This document shows positions 50,443-60,504 of a stretch of 64,000 nt of DNA, one piece after another. The stretch covers positions 1,760,001 through 1,824,000 of the forward strand of contig CBDCWC010000003.1 of assembly GCA_965223295.1 (NCBI GenBank), given 5' to 3'. The position numbers were made by a program, and so were the translations under genes. The notes beneath the pieces were generated by a model, which was not told the origin of the DNA, made no database searches, and was given only the letters and a program-made list of their open reading frames with translations. How positions within the stretch are numbered: position 1 is the first letter of the stretch; each line of letters begins with the position of its first letter. The DNA comes from Nitrospirales bacterium (GTDB taxonomy: Bacteria > Nitrospirota > Nitrospiria > Nitrospirales > UBA8639).

Positions 50443-51534
50443 GTGGGTGCGACCGATTCCATTACACATGTTCTCCAGGAAGGAATTCGGACACGAGTCT
50501 TTCCTGGAGCCGTGCTTTTTGTCCGGCACAAGGGGCTCATTCGATTCCATCAGGCTGTTGGCCTAACCTCTTTTCTCCAAGATTCTCTTCCTGTCCAACC
50601 CCACACGATTTATGATCTCGCTTCCCTAACCAAGCCTTTGGCTACGGCATCGTCTCTTCTTCTCTTACTCCAAGAGGAGAAATTGAGTCTTGCCCAACCG
50701 TTGGCGACTCTCTTAGAAGAAGCCAAAAACTTTCCCTTGGGTGGAGTCTTCATTCAAGATCTTCTGTCTCATCAGAGTGGACTGCCAGCTTGGCGGCCTT
50801 TCTATAAATCAGTTTCTCCAATTTTTCCTTCCGAGCCTAACACTCGGCAAAAACGAATGCAGGCTGTCCTGGAGATGATTCTTAAGGAGCCGATTGCTGA
50901 TTCCTCAGCACCAACCAGCGTCTATAGTGATTTAGGGTATATGGTGTTGGGATGGGTTATTGAGCGGATGACTGGGCAGTCATTGGAAGATTTTTGTCGG
51001 GAGCGAATTTTTGAGCCACTACAGGCCAATCTGCTTGGTTTTGGAACTCAACACAATAAAGGTCCCAGGTCGGGCCGGATAGCACCCACAGAAAAAGATC
51101 CATGGCGGGGCAGACTGCTTCACGGCGAGGTTCATGATGAAAATGCTGCCGCCCTTGGAGGAATAGCTGGACATGCGGGACTATTTGGAACAGCTCAAGC
51201 GGTCGGACAAGTGACGAAAGCCTGGTTGGAGAGTTATCTCGGAAAGTCGAATATTTTTAAGCAAGATGTTGTTAGGCAATTTACGATAGCTCAACCTGGC
51301 ACCAGTTGGGCGTTAGGTTGGGATACTCCTTCGCAACCCTCATCGTCCGGGCAATGGTTTTCACCGGAATCATTTGGACATTTAGGATTTACTGGAACGT
51401 CGATTTGGATCGATCCAATCAGAGAATTAGAAGTGATCTTCCTGTCTAACCGTGTGCATCCCACTCGTCAGAACCAAGCCATCAAAACCTTCCGTCCAAA
51501 ACTTCACGACGCCATTGTTCTAGAACTTTCGTAG
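50443..51534 (+). CDS. Serine hydrolase, beta-lactamase class C-like family
   Basis: DLASLTK, YSD, VHDENA, GHAGLF, GHLGFTG. Confidence 0.88.
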   Translation: MGATDSITHVLQEGIRTRVFPGAVLFVRHKGLIRFHQAVGLTSFLQDSLPVQPHTIYDLASLTKPLATASSLLLLLQEEKLSLAQPLATLLEEAKNFPLGGVFIQDLLSHQSGLPAWRPFYKSVSPIFPSEPNTRQKRMQAVLEMILKEPIADSSAPTSVYSDLGYMVLGWVIERMTGQSLEDFCRERIFEPLQANLLGFGTQHNKGPRSGRIAPTEKDPWRGRLLHGEVHDENAAALGGIAGHAGLFGTAQAVGQVTKAWLESYLGKSNIFKQDVVRQFTIAQPGTSWALGWDTPSQPSSSGQWFSPESFGHLGFTGTSIWIDPIRELEVIFLSNRVHPTRQNQAIKTFRPKLHDAIVLELS

Positions 51535-51576
51535 TGACTCTGTGAAAAAGCCGATCGATAGCATGTTGCATAGTAG

Positions 51577-51605
51577 TTGACCTTATTTTTGTCTTTACAT
51601 ATGAT
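51577..51605 (+). promoter_or_regulatory. Sigma70 promoter of the second PEP-CTERM gene
   Basis: TTGACC-N17-TATGAT. Confidence 0.55.
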
Positions 51606-51688
51606 CCATTGATTAAGTCGTAAAAGGGAGAACTCTCTATTCAGTGACATTCACACTTGGTTTTCTTGATTGGAAGGAAGGTGCTGGT

Positions 51689-52360
51689 ATGAGAACGAAA
51701 CTTCATGGAGGATGGGTTTTCAAGCCGGTGTTAGGGTTTATAGGGATGATGATCTGTATTCCCGGATTGGCCCTGGCCGTAGATTTTTCGTTTTCTGGGA
51801 ATTTCAGTAGTGACGATGATTTGGAGTTGTTTGATTTTTCGGTTGACGTACCTTCAGATGTGACGTTAGTCACGAAATCGTATGCTGGAGGGACCTTGTC
51901 GGATGGAACCGTTGTGCCTGCGGGTGGGTTTGATCCAGTCTTATCCCTGTTTGATTCAAGTGGGCTTTTGATCGGGGAGAATGATGACCCCTTGTCGCCT
52001 AATGTTGGAATCGATCTGGTTACTGGCGAAGCATTTGATGCATTTCTGGAATTGGCCCTCACCGAGGGAGATTACACTGTTGCCGTGACTCAATTTGACA
52101 ATTTTGCCAATGGGCCCAATCTGTCGGATGGATTTGAACTAACAGGCGACCCATTTTTTACGTCAATCGATGGATGCTCCAACGGACAATTTTGCGATGG
52201 AGAGTTTAATCGGACGAATGCTTGGGCTTTTGATGTGTTAAATGTTGGGCAGGTAAGTAATCCGGGAGATTCATCAACTGTTCCGGAGCCTTCGACTGTC
52301 CTACTATTTGGATCCGGACTGGCTGGTTTGTTGGGGTGGCGATTACGAAGGACAACTTAG
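51689..52360 (+). CDS. PEP-CTERM protein (DVUA0089/PPC-like domain)
   Basis: FDPVLSLFD..G..IGENDD; C-terminal VPEPSTVLLFGSGLAGLLGWRLRR. Confidence 0.88.
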   Translation: MRTKLHGGWVFKPVLGFIGMMICIPGLALAVDFSFSGNFSSDDDLELFDFSVDVPSDVTLVTKSYAGGTLSDGTVVPAGGFDPVLSLFDSSGLLIGENDDPLSPNVGIDLVTGEAFDAFLELALTEGDYTVAVTQFDNFANGPNLSDGFELTGDPFFTSIDGCSNGQFCDGEFNRTNAWAFDVLNVGQVSNPGDSSTVPEPSTVLLFGSGLAGLLGWRLRRTT

Positions 52361-52396
52361 AATCGATTATGGCTAGACTTCTTGCCGCAAATTAAT

Positions 52397-52471
52397 AAGG
52401 GTTAGACTCCAATTAAATGAAAGTCTTTAGCTGGTAGGACGAGGTAGCTTTTTAATTCGAGTCTGACCCCT
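52397..52471. repeat. REP-like inverted repeat pair
   Basis: AAGGGTTAGACTCCAATTAAA ... TTTAATTCGAGTCTGACCCCT (18/21 complementary, 33-bp spacer). Confidence 0.7.
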
Positions 52472-52632
52472 ATTTTTTCTGGAAAGGGGCGTGGAGTGAC
52501 CGGAACGACTTGCCCACTATAACGGTCCTGCTGAGGGGGATGCTTTTTCAAAGAAAAAGGCTTGGGGCTTTGGCAAAGACCGAGCTTTTGGAGGGTGTCC
52601 CTATAAGGCAGTTTTTGATTTGAGTGAGAATT

Positions 52633-52950
52633 TTATGAATCGGGATATTCGACCCAGGTTTCTTTTTCGGCGAGATATTTTTTCCCGTTGAAATTGAGAC
52701 GGGTGCGCATTTTGGAGAATCCTAACGCGCGAAGTTGGTCGACAAGGTCTTTCGTTGCCTCTTGTACAGTGCGATGAACCTGGGAGTGGAGGGTCAGGGC
52801 TTCGTACATCACTGACCCGCTATATCCTCCTTCAACGCGTTTGATGGGGATGAGCCGGTTAAAGTAGCGCTCACTGGGATCAGTTCCTTCCAATTGATGT
52901 TTCTCCACAACAGCATTTTTGACTCGAAAGGATAGCGGTAAAGAGGTCAT
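52633..52950 (-). CDS. Hypothetical protein
   Basis: 105-aa ORF with GGAG RBS upstream. Confidence 0.65.
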   Translation of the reverse strand: MTSLPLSFRVKNAVVEKHQLEGTDPSERYFNRLIPIKRVEGGYSGSVMYEALTLHSQVHRTVQEATKDLVDQLRALGFSKMRTRLNFNGKKYLAEKETWVEYPDS

Positions 52951-53290
52951 ATAATATTAGCTCCAAGGAATAGCCTCTGCATCACCCCAATAGGGGAGTT
53001 GTTGAAGCAAATTCTAGGGGAAAAGTTAAATCTCCATCTGTCTTCTTTACAGATTATAGGCTGGTCTGAAAAGGGCTGCAAGTCTGGTTGACTTGTATCA
53101 GAAACGGCACGTACCCTTCACTACGTATAGATGAATGCGTCGAGAAATTTGAGAAGCCGCGTGCCAGCTCTTTTGTTGTGCATCTGTGTGGTTTTGTGGG
53201 CACAACTCACTGCAGATTGGCCAGGATGAGATGGTTCAACCCTCTCCTTAGAATGATCATGTTCGGTGGTGCGAAAGGCTGTGTGGAGCT

Positions 53291-53887
53291 ATGAACGGTG
53301 AGTCATCCGTTGCCGACATTCCAATCAATCTTCCCAATAGTCTTACGGTTCTTCGAATTCTCCTCGTCCCTGTGTTTGTTGGGCTATTGCTCTACGAACA
53401 TTATGATATCGCACTCATCACGCTGCTGATTGCGGCCTTGACCGATATGTTGGACGGGATGATTGCCCGTATTACCGACCAACAGACTCGCTTGGGTGAA
53501 TATTTGGATCCTCTTGCCGATAAACTTTTGTTGATGTCGGCCATCATCACACTTTCGGTACTACATTTCATCCCACTCTGGGCTGTCATTGTGGTCGTGA
53601 GCCGCGATGCCATTTTGTTGACCGGCACACTCGTGGCCAATTTGTCTGAAACGGATATCAATATCGCCCCTACGGTGTTAGGTAAAGGAACGACTTTTGC
53701 TCAAATTTGTTATGTCATTTCGATCATGTTGTATGCCACCGGGCGGATACCGGACTTTCTTGCTCAGCCTTTCTTAGTTGTGATGGTGGTGCTAACCGTG
53801 GGCTCTGGGGTCCATTATCTATTCCGCGGTATTCAACACATCAATGGGTCAAATACGGGGGTCGACTCAGAAGGGGGAACCCCATGA
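53291..53887 (+). CDS. pgsA: CDP-alcohol phosphatidyltransferase (PgsA-like)
   Basis: NLPNSLT..R, TDMLDGMIAR..G.YLDPLADK. Confidence 0.85.
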   Translation: MNGESSVADIPINLPNSLTVLRILLVPVFVGLLLYEHYDIALITLLIAALTDMLDGMIARITDQQTRLGEYLDPLADKLLLMSAIITLSVLHFIPLWAVIVVVSRDAILLTGTLVANLSETDINIAPTVLGKGTTFAQICYVISIMLYATGRIPDFLAQPFLVVMVVLTVGSGVHYLFRGIQHINGSNTGVDSEGGTP

Positions 53888-55683
53888 GTCGAGAGCGTGT
53901 TGGCCATCAGCTCGTGGATGCCAAGGTTATTTCATCATCAGATTTAGCCAAGGCCCTTGAGGTTCAACAGAGTGAAGGCGGTCGACTTGGTAGCATTCTG
54001 GTTCGGATGGAGGTGTTGTCTGAAGCCACATTGCTGGAATTCCTAAGCCAGCAGTATGGAGTCTCTACGATAGATCTTTCCACATGTACGATAAATGAAA
54101 GCCTGTTGGCGCTTCTTCCTCTTTCGATCATTCAGCAACATTTAGTGGTGCCGGTCCAGCAAACTGTGTCTCGTTTAACCTTGGCCATGGTTGACCCTAC
54201 GAATGTTTCCTTATTAGACGAGCTTCGTTTTAGAACAAGCCTTCATATTGTTCCGATGGTGGCCACTGAATCGGATGTACGTGCAGCCATTAGCCGGATG
54301 TATGGCCAATCTCAAAATGGAGGTTCACGAATGTCCAGTCCTTCCCTCGGATTGGAGAGAGTCGATCAGCAGACGAATGTCACGAACGTCCTGGCTCCAT
54401 CGTCTTCATCGTCGTTCGACAGAGGTGCCGCCTATTCTTCGGGTGGAGAATCTCGGCTCGACTCCAGGAGTAAACTTCGCATAGCCATTGAGGGTGATCC
54501 TTCGGCTGTTGACGTAGTGAATGCCCTGGTCCAGGAAGCTTTAGCCATGGAAGCGAGTGATATTCATATTGAACCGTTGGAAAATATTATCCGGATTCGG
54601 TTCAGATTAGATGGCGTTTTGCGGCCCATCCATAATTTACCGAAAGTCTTACATCAATCCTTGCTAGCTCGGCTCAAAATTCTTTCGGACCTAGATATAG
54701 CTGAACGGCGGCTCCCTCAGGATGGGCGGATGAATATTGAGGGATTTCCTCAGGTGGATATTCGAGTGGCGATCTTGCCGTGTTTATTTGGAGAAAAGGC
54801 AGTCTTGCGGCTCTTGAATCAATCGGGATTGGCTCTTCATCTCACAAATCTTGGATTAGATCAACCTGATTTAGATCGGGTGACCACAGCTCTAGAAAAG
54901 CCGTACGGCATGATTTTGGTCACTGGCCCAACGGGCAGCGGAAAAACCACCACGCTGTATAGCGCGTTACAATATTTGAATACGCCATCGATGAATATTG
55001 TGACGGTAGAAGATCCCGTGGAGTTTCAAATTCAGGGGATCAATCAACTGCAGATTCATGAAGAGATTGGTTTGAACTTTTCAATGGGGCTGCGTTCCTT
55101 CTTGCGGCAGGATCCTGATGTGATGATGGTGGGAGAAATTCGCGACCGCGAAACAGCTCAAATTGCTATTCAAGCTTCACTGACTGGACATCGAGTGTTA
55201 TCCACGCTCCATACCATGAATGGCCCTGGAGCTATCACGCGTCTTATCGATATGGGAATTGAACCATTTCTCGTGTCCTCAGCCATCTCATTGATTATTG
55301 GCCAACGGCTTGTGCGGAAAATATGTCAGCATTGCGTAGAACGTGAGGCGGTCTCTCCGGTTCATTTACGGGATTTGGGTTTTGAAGAGCATGTGCTTGA
55401 TACGGTCGAGCCCAGAAAAGGACATGGCTGTGATCACTGCCATGGCACAGGGTATAAAGGACGGATGGCCTTATTTGAAACATTGCCTATCCTTGAACGG
55501 TTACATGCCACCATTTTGTCTCGCGCCTCGACTCATGAACTGATCGACTGTGCAAAGCAGGATGGATTTCGGACCCTGCGTCAAGCTGGATTGGCCGCTG
55601 TACAGCGAGGGCAGACAACGGTGAATGAAATTTTGACGGAAACTAGTGACGATGGAGCCTGTACGGCTTTGGCCGGAAAGTAG
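53884..55683 (+). CDS. pilB: Type IV pilus assembly ATPase PilB
   Basis: MshEN-like N-terminus (RLGSILV), ASDIHIE, GPTGSGKTT, LRQDPD, CxxC pairs; start overlaps the pgsA stop. Confidence 0.92.
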   Translation: MSRERVGHQLVDAKVISSSDLAKALEVQQSEGGRLGSILVRMEVLSEATLLEFLSQQYGVSTIDLSTCTINESLLALLPLSIIQQHLVVPVQQTVSRLTLAMVDPTNVSLLDELRFRTSLHIVPMVATESDVRAAISRMYGQSQNGGSRMSSPSLGLERVDQQTNVTNVLAPSSSSSFDRGAAYSSGGESRLDSRSKLRIAIEGDPSAVDVVNALVQEALAMEASDIHIEPLENIIRIRFRLDGVLRPIHNLPKVLHQSLLARLKILSDLDIAERRLPQDGRMNIEGFPQVDIRVAILPCLFGEKAVLRLLNQSGLALHLTNLGLDQPDLDRVTTALEKPYGMILVTGPTGSGKTTTLYSALQYLNTPSMNIVTVEDPVEFQIQGINQLQIHEEIGLNFSMGLRSFLRQDPDVMMVGEIRDRETAQIAIQASLTGHRVLSTLHTMNGPGAITRLIDMGIEPFLVSSAISLIIGQRLVRKICQHCVEREAVSPVHLRDLGFEEHVLDTVEPRKGHGCDHCHGTGYKGRMALFETLPILERLHATILSRASTHELIDCAKQDGFRTLRQAGLAAVQRGQTTVNEILTETSDDGACTALAGK

Positions 55684-55688
55684 GTAAT

Positions 55689-55878
55689 GGAAATGTTGAA
55701 AAAAGCCGCCAGCGGCGTTCTCGCCATTTTTCCGTGCTCACGTACTCCCAGTGCGCTCCGCGCGCAAAAATGGCTGCGGCCTTGCTGGACGGACTTTTTT
55801 GACCATTCCCGTCGAATTGAAGTCACCATTGCTCTGAAAGCCTTTTCGTAACTTGAAATTGAATTATTCAACAGGGCC
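55689..55878 (-). mobile_element. MITE-like repeat, copy 5 (subfamily B)
   Basis: Reverse-oriented full copy; flanks GTAAT/GTAAA. Confidence 0.85.
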
Positions 55879-55888
55879 GTAAATCTCT

Positions 55889-57015
55889 ATGGAACTCTAT
55901 GATCTTCTACGAGAATTGAAACAGCAAGAAGGTTCAGACCTCCATTTGGTCGTAGGCACAGTGCCTCGACTACGCGTGGACGGTCAATTGAAGCCCCTGC
56001 AGACGGCAAGCGTCACACGTCAAGCGTCACACGTCAAGCGATGAGTCAATTCATGGAGAGTTTCTTGACTGAAGAACAACAACGACAGTTGGCTGAAAAG
56101 GGTGAATGGGATGGAGGCTGTACCGTCGAAGGTGTTGGGCGTTTTCGGTTTCATCTGTACAAGCAGCAAGGGGCTCATGCCATGGCAGTCCGGGCAGTTC
56201 CCGATGCCGTTCCGTCCTTAGATGAACTTGGCTTGCCTTCGGTCGTCAAGGGTTTGATGCAAAAATCTCAAGGGCTCGTATTGGTGACTGGCGCCACCGG
56301 CAGTGGAAAAAGTACAACGATGGCGGCGATGTTAGATCAAGTCAATCGGGAGCGGCGAGCGCATATTGTTTCGCTGGAAGATCCTATTGAAGTCGTGCAT
56401 GCCCACAAGAAGAGTCTTGTCTCGCAGTTAGAAGTTGGTGCAGATGTTTCAGAGTTTCAGATGGCCCTGAAAGGAATATTGCGGCAGGACCCCGATGTTG
56501 TCTTTTTAGGAGAACTAAGGGATCGCGAGACAATTCAGGCAGCCCTGACTATAGCTGAAACCGGACATTTGACTGTGGCAACCCTCCATACTAATTCAGC
56601 CATTCAGTCTTTGACGAGGCTCATTTCGGTGTTTCCGCCACATCAACAACCGGAAGTGCGGGTGCAGTTGTCGATGGTGTTGGAGGGAGTGTTGTCGCAA
56701 CGGTTGGTGCCTCGCTCGGAAGGTGCTGGCCGTGTGTTAGCGCTGGAAATTTTGGTGCTTTCTCCAGCGATTCGCAACCTTATTCGTGAGGATAAATTGC
56801 ACCAAATCTATTCGATGATGCAAACGGGGCAAGCTCAATATAGTATGCAGACGATGAATCAGGCGCTAGCGGATTTATGTTCCCAAAGGGTGATTGCGAC
56901 AAAGGTTGCGTTAGGCATGACTGTTTCCCCCGAGGAACTCACGAAGTTGTTGGAACGAAGCGGGCAAGTTCGATCTTCGCCTATATCGTTGGCGAGATTG
57001 CGGCCGAGGGTATAA
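55889..57015 (+). pseudogene. pilT: Pilus retraction ATPase PilT, frameshifted by a 14-bp tandem duplication
   Basis: ATG 55889 encodes the PilT N-terminus (SDLHLVVG.VPRLRVDGQL) and stops at 56042-56044; the ORF from 56041 has GATGSGKST and AIRNLIRE; removing one repeat unit rejoins the frames. Confidence 0.85.
56007..56040 (+). repeat. 14-bp tandem duplication (2.4 copies)
   Basis: CAAGCGTCACACGT-CAAGCGTCACACGT-CAAGCG. Confidence 0.95.
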
Positions 57016-57183
57016 ACAATTGTAAGGGGTAAGGCGTAAAGAGAGAAAAGTTGTGATCAAGATAGAAGGAAGAACAACCTGTTTATCCTCAATGATTTCT
57101 CCTTGTCTTATCTCCTTACTTCTCACTCCTACCTTTTTACTTGCACGATTAGGCCAGTACCAACACAATGTGAAATGAACGAA

Positions 57184-58404
57184 ATGACGCTCTATCACTA
57201 CATGGCAAAAGACAAAGCTGGAAAGTCGCTGCAAGGGGAAATTTCTGCAACGACCTCTCAAGAAGCCATTCAACAACTTCGGAGCCAGGATATGCTGGTG
57301 ACCTGCCTGAACGAAAAAGCTACGAAGCCTATTGGGGCTAGTCCACTGCAATTTTCCTGGAAGAGGAGCGGTGTAACAAACAAGGAGCTGATTGTGTTCA
57401 CGCATCAATTGGCAACCTTGATTCGGGCAGGAGTGCCTCTCTTGGAATGTTTGGACATTTTGGGGGCAGAAGTGGAAAATCCTGCCTGGCACCCTATCCT
57501 TAAGCGCATTTATCTGGATGTTGAGCAGGGAGCATTTTTGGCCAAAGCCTTAGGTTCGTTTCCGGAAATTTTTCATGACTTCTACCGACGGATGGTAGAA
57601 GTGGGAGAAACCACAGGGCGGTTGGATGAAAGTTTGGCTCAGTTGGCGCTCTATCTCGACAAACAAGCTCAGTTACGGGCAAAGATTCTTTCTGCGTTAG
57701 CATATCCGGCCTTGTTGGTGACGGTGGCCTTTTCTGTGTTGATCTTTTTGTTGGTGTGGGTGGTGCCTCTCTTTTCCGACCTTTTTCTGGAGTTTGGGGA
57801 ATCTCTTCCGTGGCTGACGAAAGTCGTTATTCATCTTGCAGACGGCATTCGAGAGCACGCAGTCCTATTAGCAGGACTCTTGGTGGCTGTCTTTTTAGGA
57901 AGCCGTTTCATGCTGACCCATGCCAAAAGTCGGCACATGATTGATGGGGTCATTTTGAGTGTCCCATTCGTGGGTGCGATATTCCGGAAGTCTTCGATTG
58001 TGCGGTTTGCTCGAACATTAGGATTCTTAATTCGGCGGGGCGTTCCGCTGCTAACGGGACTCACAGTGGCAGGGACTGTCACAGGGAATAGCGTATTCGA
58101 GAAAAATCTTGAAGCTGTGGCTATTGATGTTGAAGATGGTAAGTCGCTATCAGAGACGTTGCGAGCCAGCGGTGTGTTTCCGCCCATGGTGATTCAAATG
58201 ATCAAAGTCGGAGAGTCGACCGGGTCATTAGATGCCATGTTGGAAAAAATTGCGGATTTGTTTGAACAAGAAGTCGATCGAGTCGTTGCCAGCTTTACCG
58301 CGGTGCTAGAGCCTTGCGTAATCGTGGTTGTGGGAAGCGGGATTGCACTTGTCGTGATAGCCATGTATCTTCCCATTTTTACCATTGGTTCCGTGATTGG
58401 ATAA
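57184..58404 (+). CDS. pilC: Type IV pilus platform protein PilC (T2SS F family)
   Basis: QLATLIRAGVPL, GETTGRLD, GESTGSLD, AMYLPIF. Confidence 0.92.
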   Translation: MTLYHYMAKDKAGKSLQGEISATTSQEAIQQLRSQDMLVTCLNEKATKPIGASPLQFSWKRSGVTNKELIVFTHQLATLIRAGVPLLECLDILGAEVENPAWHPILKRIYLDVEQGAFLAKALGSFPEIFHDFYRRMVEVGETTGRLDESLAQLALYLDKQAQLRAKILSALAYPALLVTVAFSVLIFLLVWVVPLFSDLFLEFGESLPWLTKVVIHLADGIREHAVLLAGLLVAVFLGSRFMLTHAKSRHMIDGVILSVPFVGAIFRKSSIVRFARTLGFLIRRGVPLLTGLTVAGTVTGNSVFEKNLEAVAIDVEDGKSLSETLRASGVFPPMVIQMIKVGESTGSLDAMLEKIADLFEQEVDRVVASFTAVLEPCVIVVVGSGIALVVIAMYLPIFTIGSVIG

Positions 58405-58454
58405 TCGATCAATACAAGTAGAAGGAAAATTTTTATCTCGTGAGAGACGGTGGC

Positions 58455-59387
58455 GTGACAGAAACGGAAATTGTGGTCAAGGCTCCAGCAAAAGTGAATC
58501 TCTTGATCCGTGTGCTGGATCGTTTGCCCAATGGCTATCATGCTTTGTGGTCCCTCATGCATTCAGTTGACCTTTTCGACCAATTGCGTATTCGGTTGAA
58601 TTCAAATCATGATCGAGTGCAACTAACTTGTAGTCAGGCTGATTTGCCAGTTGATCAGGGAAACCTGGTCTATCGTGCTGCGGAAGCCGTTCTCGAGCGC
58701 GTTGGACGATCTGATGGTGTGGATATTGAACTGACCAAACAGATTCCCTTAGCGGCTGGGTTGGGTGGTGGAAGTAGTGATGCTGCGGCGGCGATCTTTG
58801 GTCTTGCTCACTTACTACAATTGGAGTGGGGGCTATCAGAGTACCGGGAAGTTGGTGCGGCTTTGGGAAGTGACATTCCTTTCTTTTTTCAAGCACCATG
58901 TGCCATGGTCCGAGGATGGGGGCAGGACGTGACTTCGTGCACAATTGAAGGCAAGCGGTGGGTGGTGTTAGTCAATCCAGGTTTTCCAATCCAAACAAAA
59001 TGGGCTTATGAGCAATTGGCTGGAAGTCGCACCGACATTCTGCCTTTGAAGCCGTGGGCCGAGACCATGGAAAGGCAGTTGTATGCTTCCTGGGACGATA
59101 TCATTAAGGTGATGGAGAATGATTTTGAATCCCCATTGTTTCCTCTTTACCCAATTTTACGCTTTATTAAAGACAAGTTGTGCGATCTAGGTGCTCAGTC
59201 AGCTCTCTTGTCGGGGAGCGGAGCCACGGTCTTGGGGATATTTCTGACAAACGAAGCTGCGAAAGAGGCGGCAGCTCGGTTGCGGCATGATACCGATTGG
59301 CATGTTTTTTCCGTCCCAGTGGGAAACTCAAGGTTGCCACACGAGGCCATTTCTCCCACCTTCTCTCCTGAGGTCTTATCCGTCTGA
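58455..59387 (+). CDS. ispE: 4-diphosphocytidyl-2-C-methyl-D-erythritol kinase
   Basis: APAKVNL, IPLAAGLGGGSSDAA, GSDIPFF, SGSG. Confidence 0.95.
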   Translation: MTETEIVVKAPAKVNLLIRVLDRLPNGYHALWSLMHSVDLFDQLRIRLNSNHDRVQLTCSQADLPVDQGNLVYRAAEAVLERVGRSDGVDIELTKQIPLAAGLGGGSSDAAAAIFGLAHLLQLEWGLSEYREVGAALGSDIPFFFQAPCAMVRGWGQDVTSCTIEGKRWVVLVNPGFPIQTKWAYEQLAGSRTDILPLKPWAETMERQLYASWDDIIKVMENDFESPLFPLYPILRFIKDKLCDLGAQSALLSGSGATVLGIFLTNEAAKEAAARLRHDTDWHVFSVPVGNSRLPHEAISPTFSPEVLSV

Positions 59388-59502
59388 GTTCAAAAAGTTG
59401 AGTTGACAAGCAGAAGTTTTTCGCATTACCTTTGCTCTGTTTTTCTTCCACGAGTTTTGGTCCCAAAATCCTGAAATTTCTTCCAGAAAGAACAAACAGC
59501 CT

Positions 59503-60444
59503 ATGCCACGTGATTTAAAGTTACTCACAGGGAATTCAAATCCTTCACTGGCGAAGGAAATTGCTGGATATATTGGTCAAGACTTATGCCGGGCGACCGT
59601 CACGACGTTTAGTGACGGAGAAACCCGAGTTCGGATTGATGAGAATGTCCGGGGCGGGGATGTATTTCTTATCCAGTCCTGCTGTCACCCCGTCAATTCC
59701 TCAATTATGGAGCTATTGCTGCTGTTGGATGCCGTGAAGCGCTCTTCAGCCTCACGAATCACGGCTGTCATTCCGTACTATGGGTATGGTCGGCAAGACC
59801 GTAAAGATCAACCTCGTGTGCCTATTAGTGCCAAGTTGATTGCTGATTTGCTAACGGTTTCCGGGGCTAACCGGATTCTCACCATGGATTTGCATGCTGG
59901 GCCAATACAAGGGTTTTTTGATATTCCCGTTGACCATTTGTATGCCATGCCTATTCTCCTCGACTATATTAAGAAACAGCAAATATCTGATATGGTCATT
60001 GTTTCTCCGGATGCGGGTGGCGTAGAACGGGCGAGAGCCTTTGCCAAACGCCTGAATTCCTCGTTGGCGATTATCGATAAGCGCCGTGAATCTCCGAATG
60101 AGGCGGAAGTCATGAATATTATCGGCGATGTCAAAGGCATGCATGCTCTTCTATTTGATGATATGATCGATACGGCTGGAACTATTGTTCAAACGGCCCA
60201 AACATGTTTAGATAATGGAGCACTTTCGGTCTGGGCGGGCTGTACTCATCCGGTGTTATCAGGGCCAGCTCTGGAGCGGTTAGAAAAGTCTTGCTTACGA
60301 GAAGTGACCGTGACGAATACGATTCCCCTTAATGGGAAAGAGCAACAATGTTCAAAACTCAAGGCCCTTTCGGTGGCACCCCTCTTGGGAGAGGCCATTT
60401 TAAGGATTCATCGCGAAGAATCTGTCACATCGTTATTTGTGTAA
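59503..60444 (+). CDS. prs: Ribose-phosphate pyrophosphokinase
   Basis: [32 protein letters not shown]. Confidence 0.97.
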   Translation: MPRDLKLLTGNSNPSLAKEIAGYIGQDLCRATVTTFSDGETRVRIDENVRGGDVFLIQSCCHPVNSSIMELLLLLDAVKRSSASRITAVIPYYGYGRQDRKDQPRVPISAKLIADLLTVSGANRILTMDLHAGPIQGFFDIPVDHLYAMPILLDYIKKQQISDMVIVSPDAGGVERARAFAKRLNSSLAIIDKRRESPNEAEVMNIIGDVKGMHALLFDDMIDTAGTIVQTAQTCLDNGALSVWAGCTHPVLSGPALERLEKSCLREVTVTNTIPLNGKEQQCSKLKALSVAPLLGEAILRIHREESVTSLFV

Positions 60445-60504
60445 TGATCTGCGATTGTCGGTTGGGGCCGTTTATTTCACAACCAGACAAAAGAGGGTAC
60501 AACC

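Noticed and set aside
3096-55878. Repeat family as a CRISPR array or tRNA
   Set aside because: Copies are dispersed and ~190 bp, with no repeat-spacer periodicity, cas genes or cloverleaf.
59388-59502. tRNA-Gln often found between ispE and prs
   Set aside because: No cloverleaf or GTTCGA T-loop visible; only a promoter-like TTGACA-N18-TACCTT.
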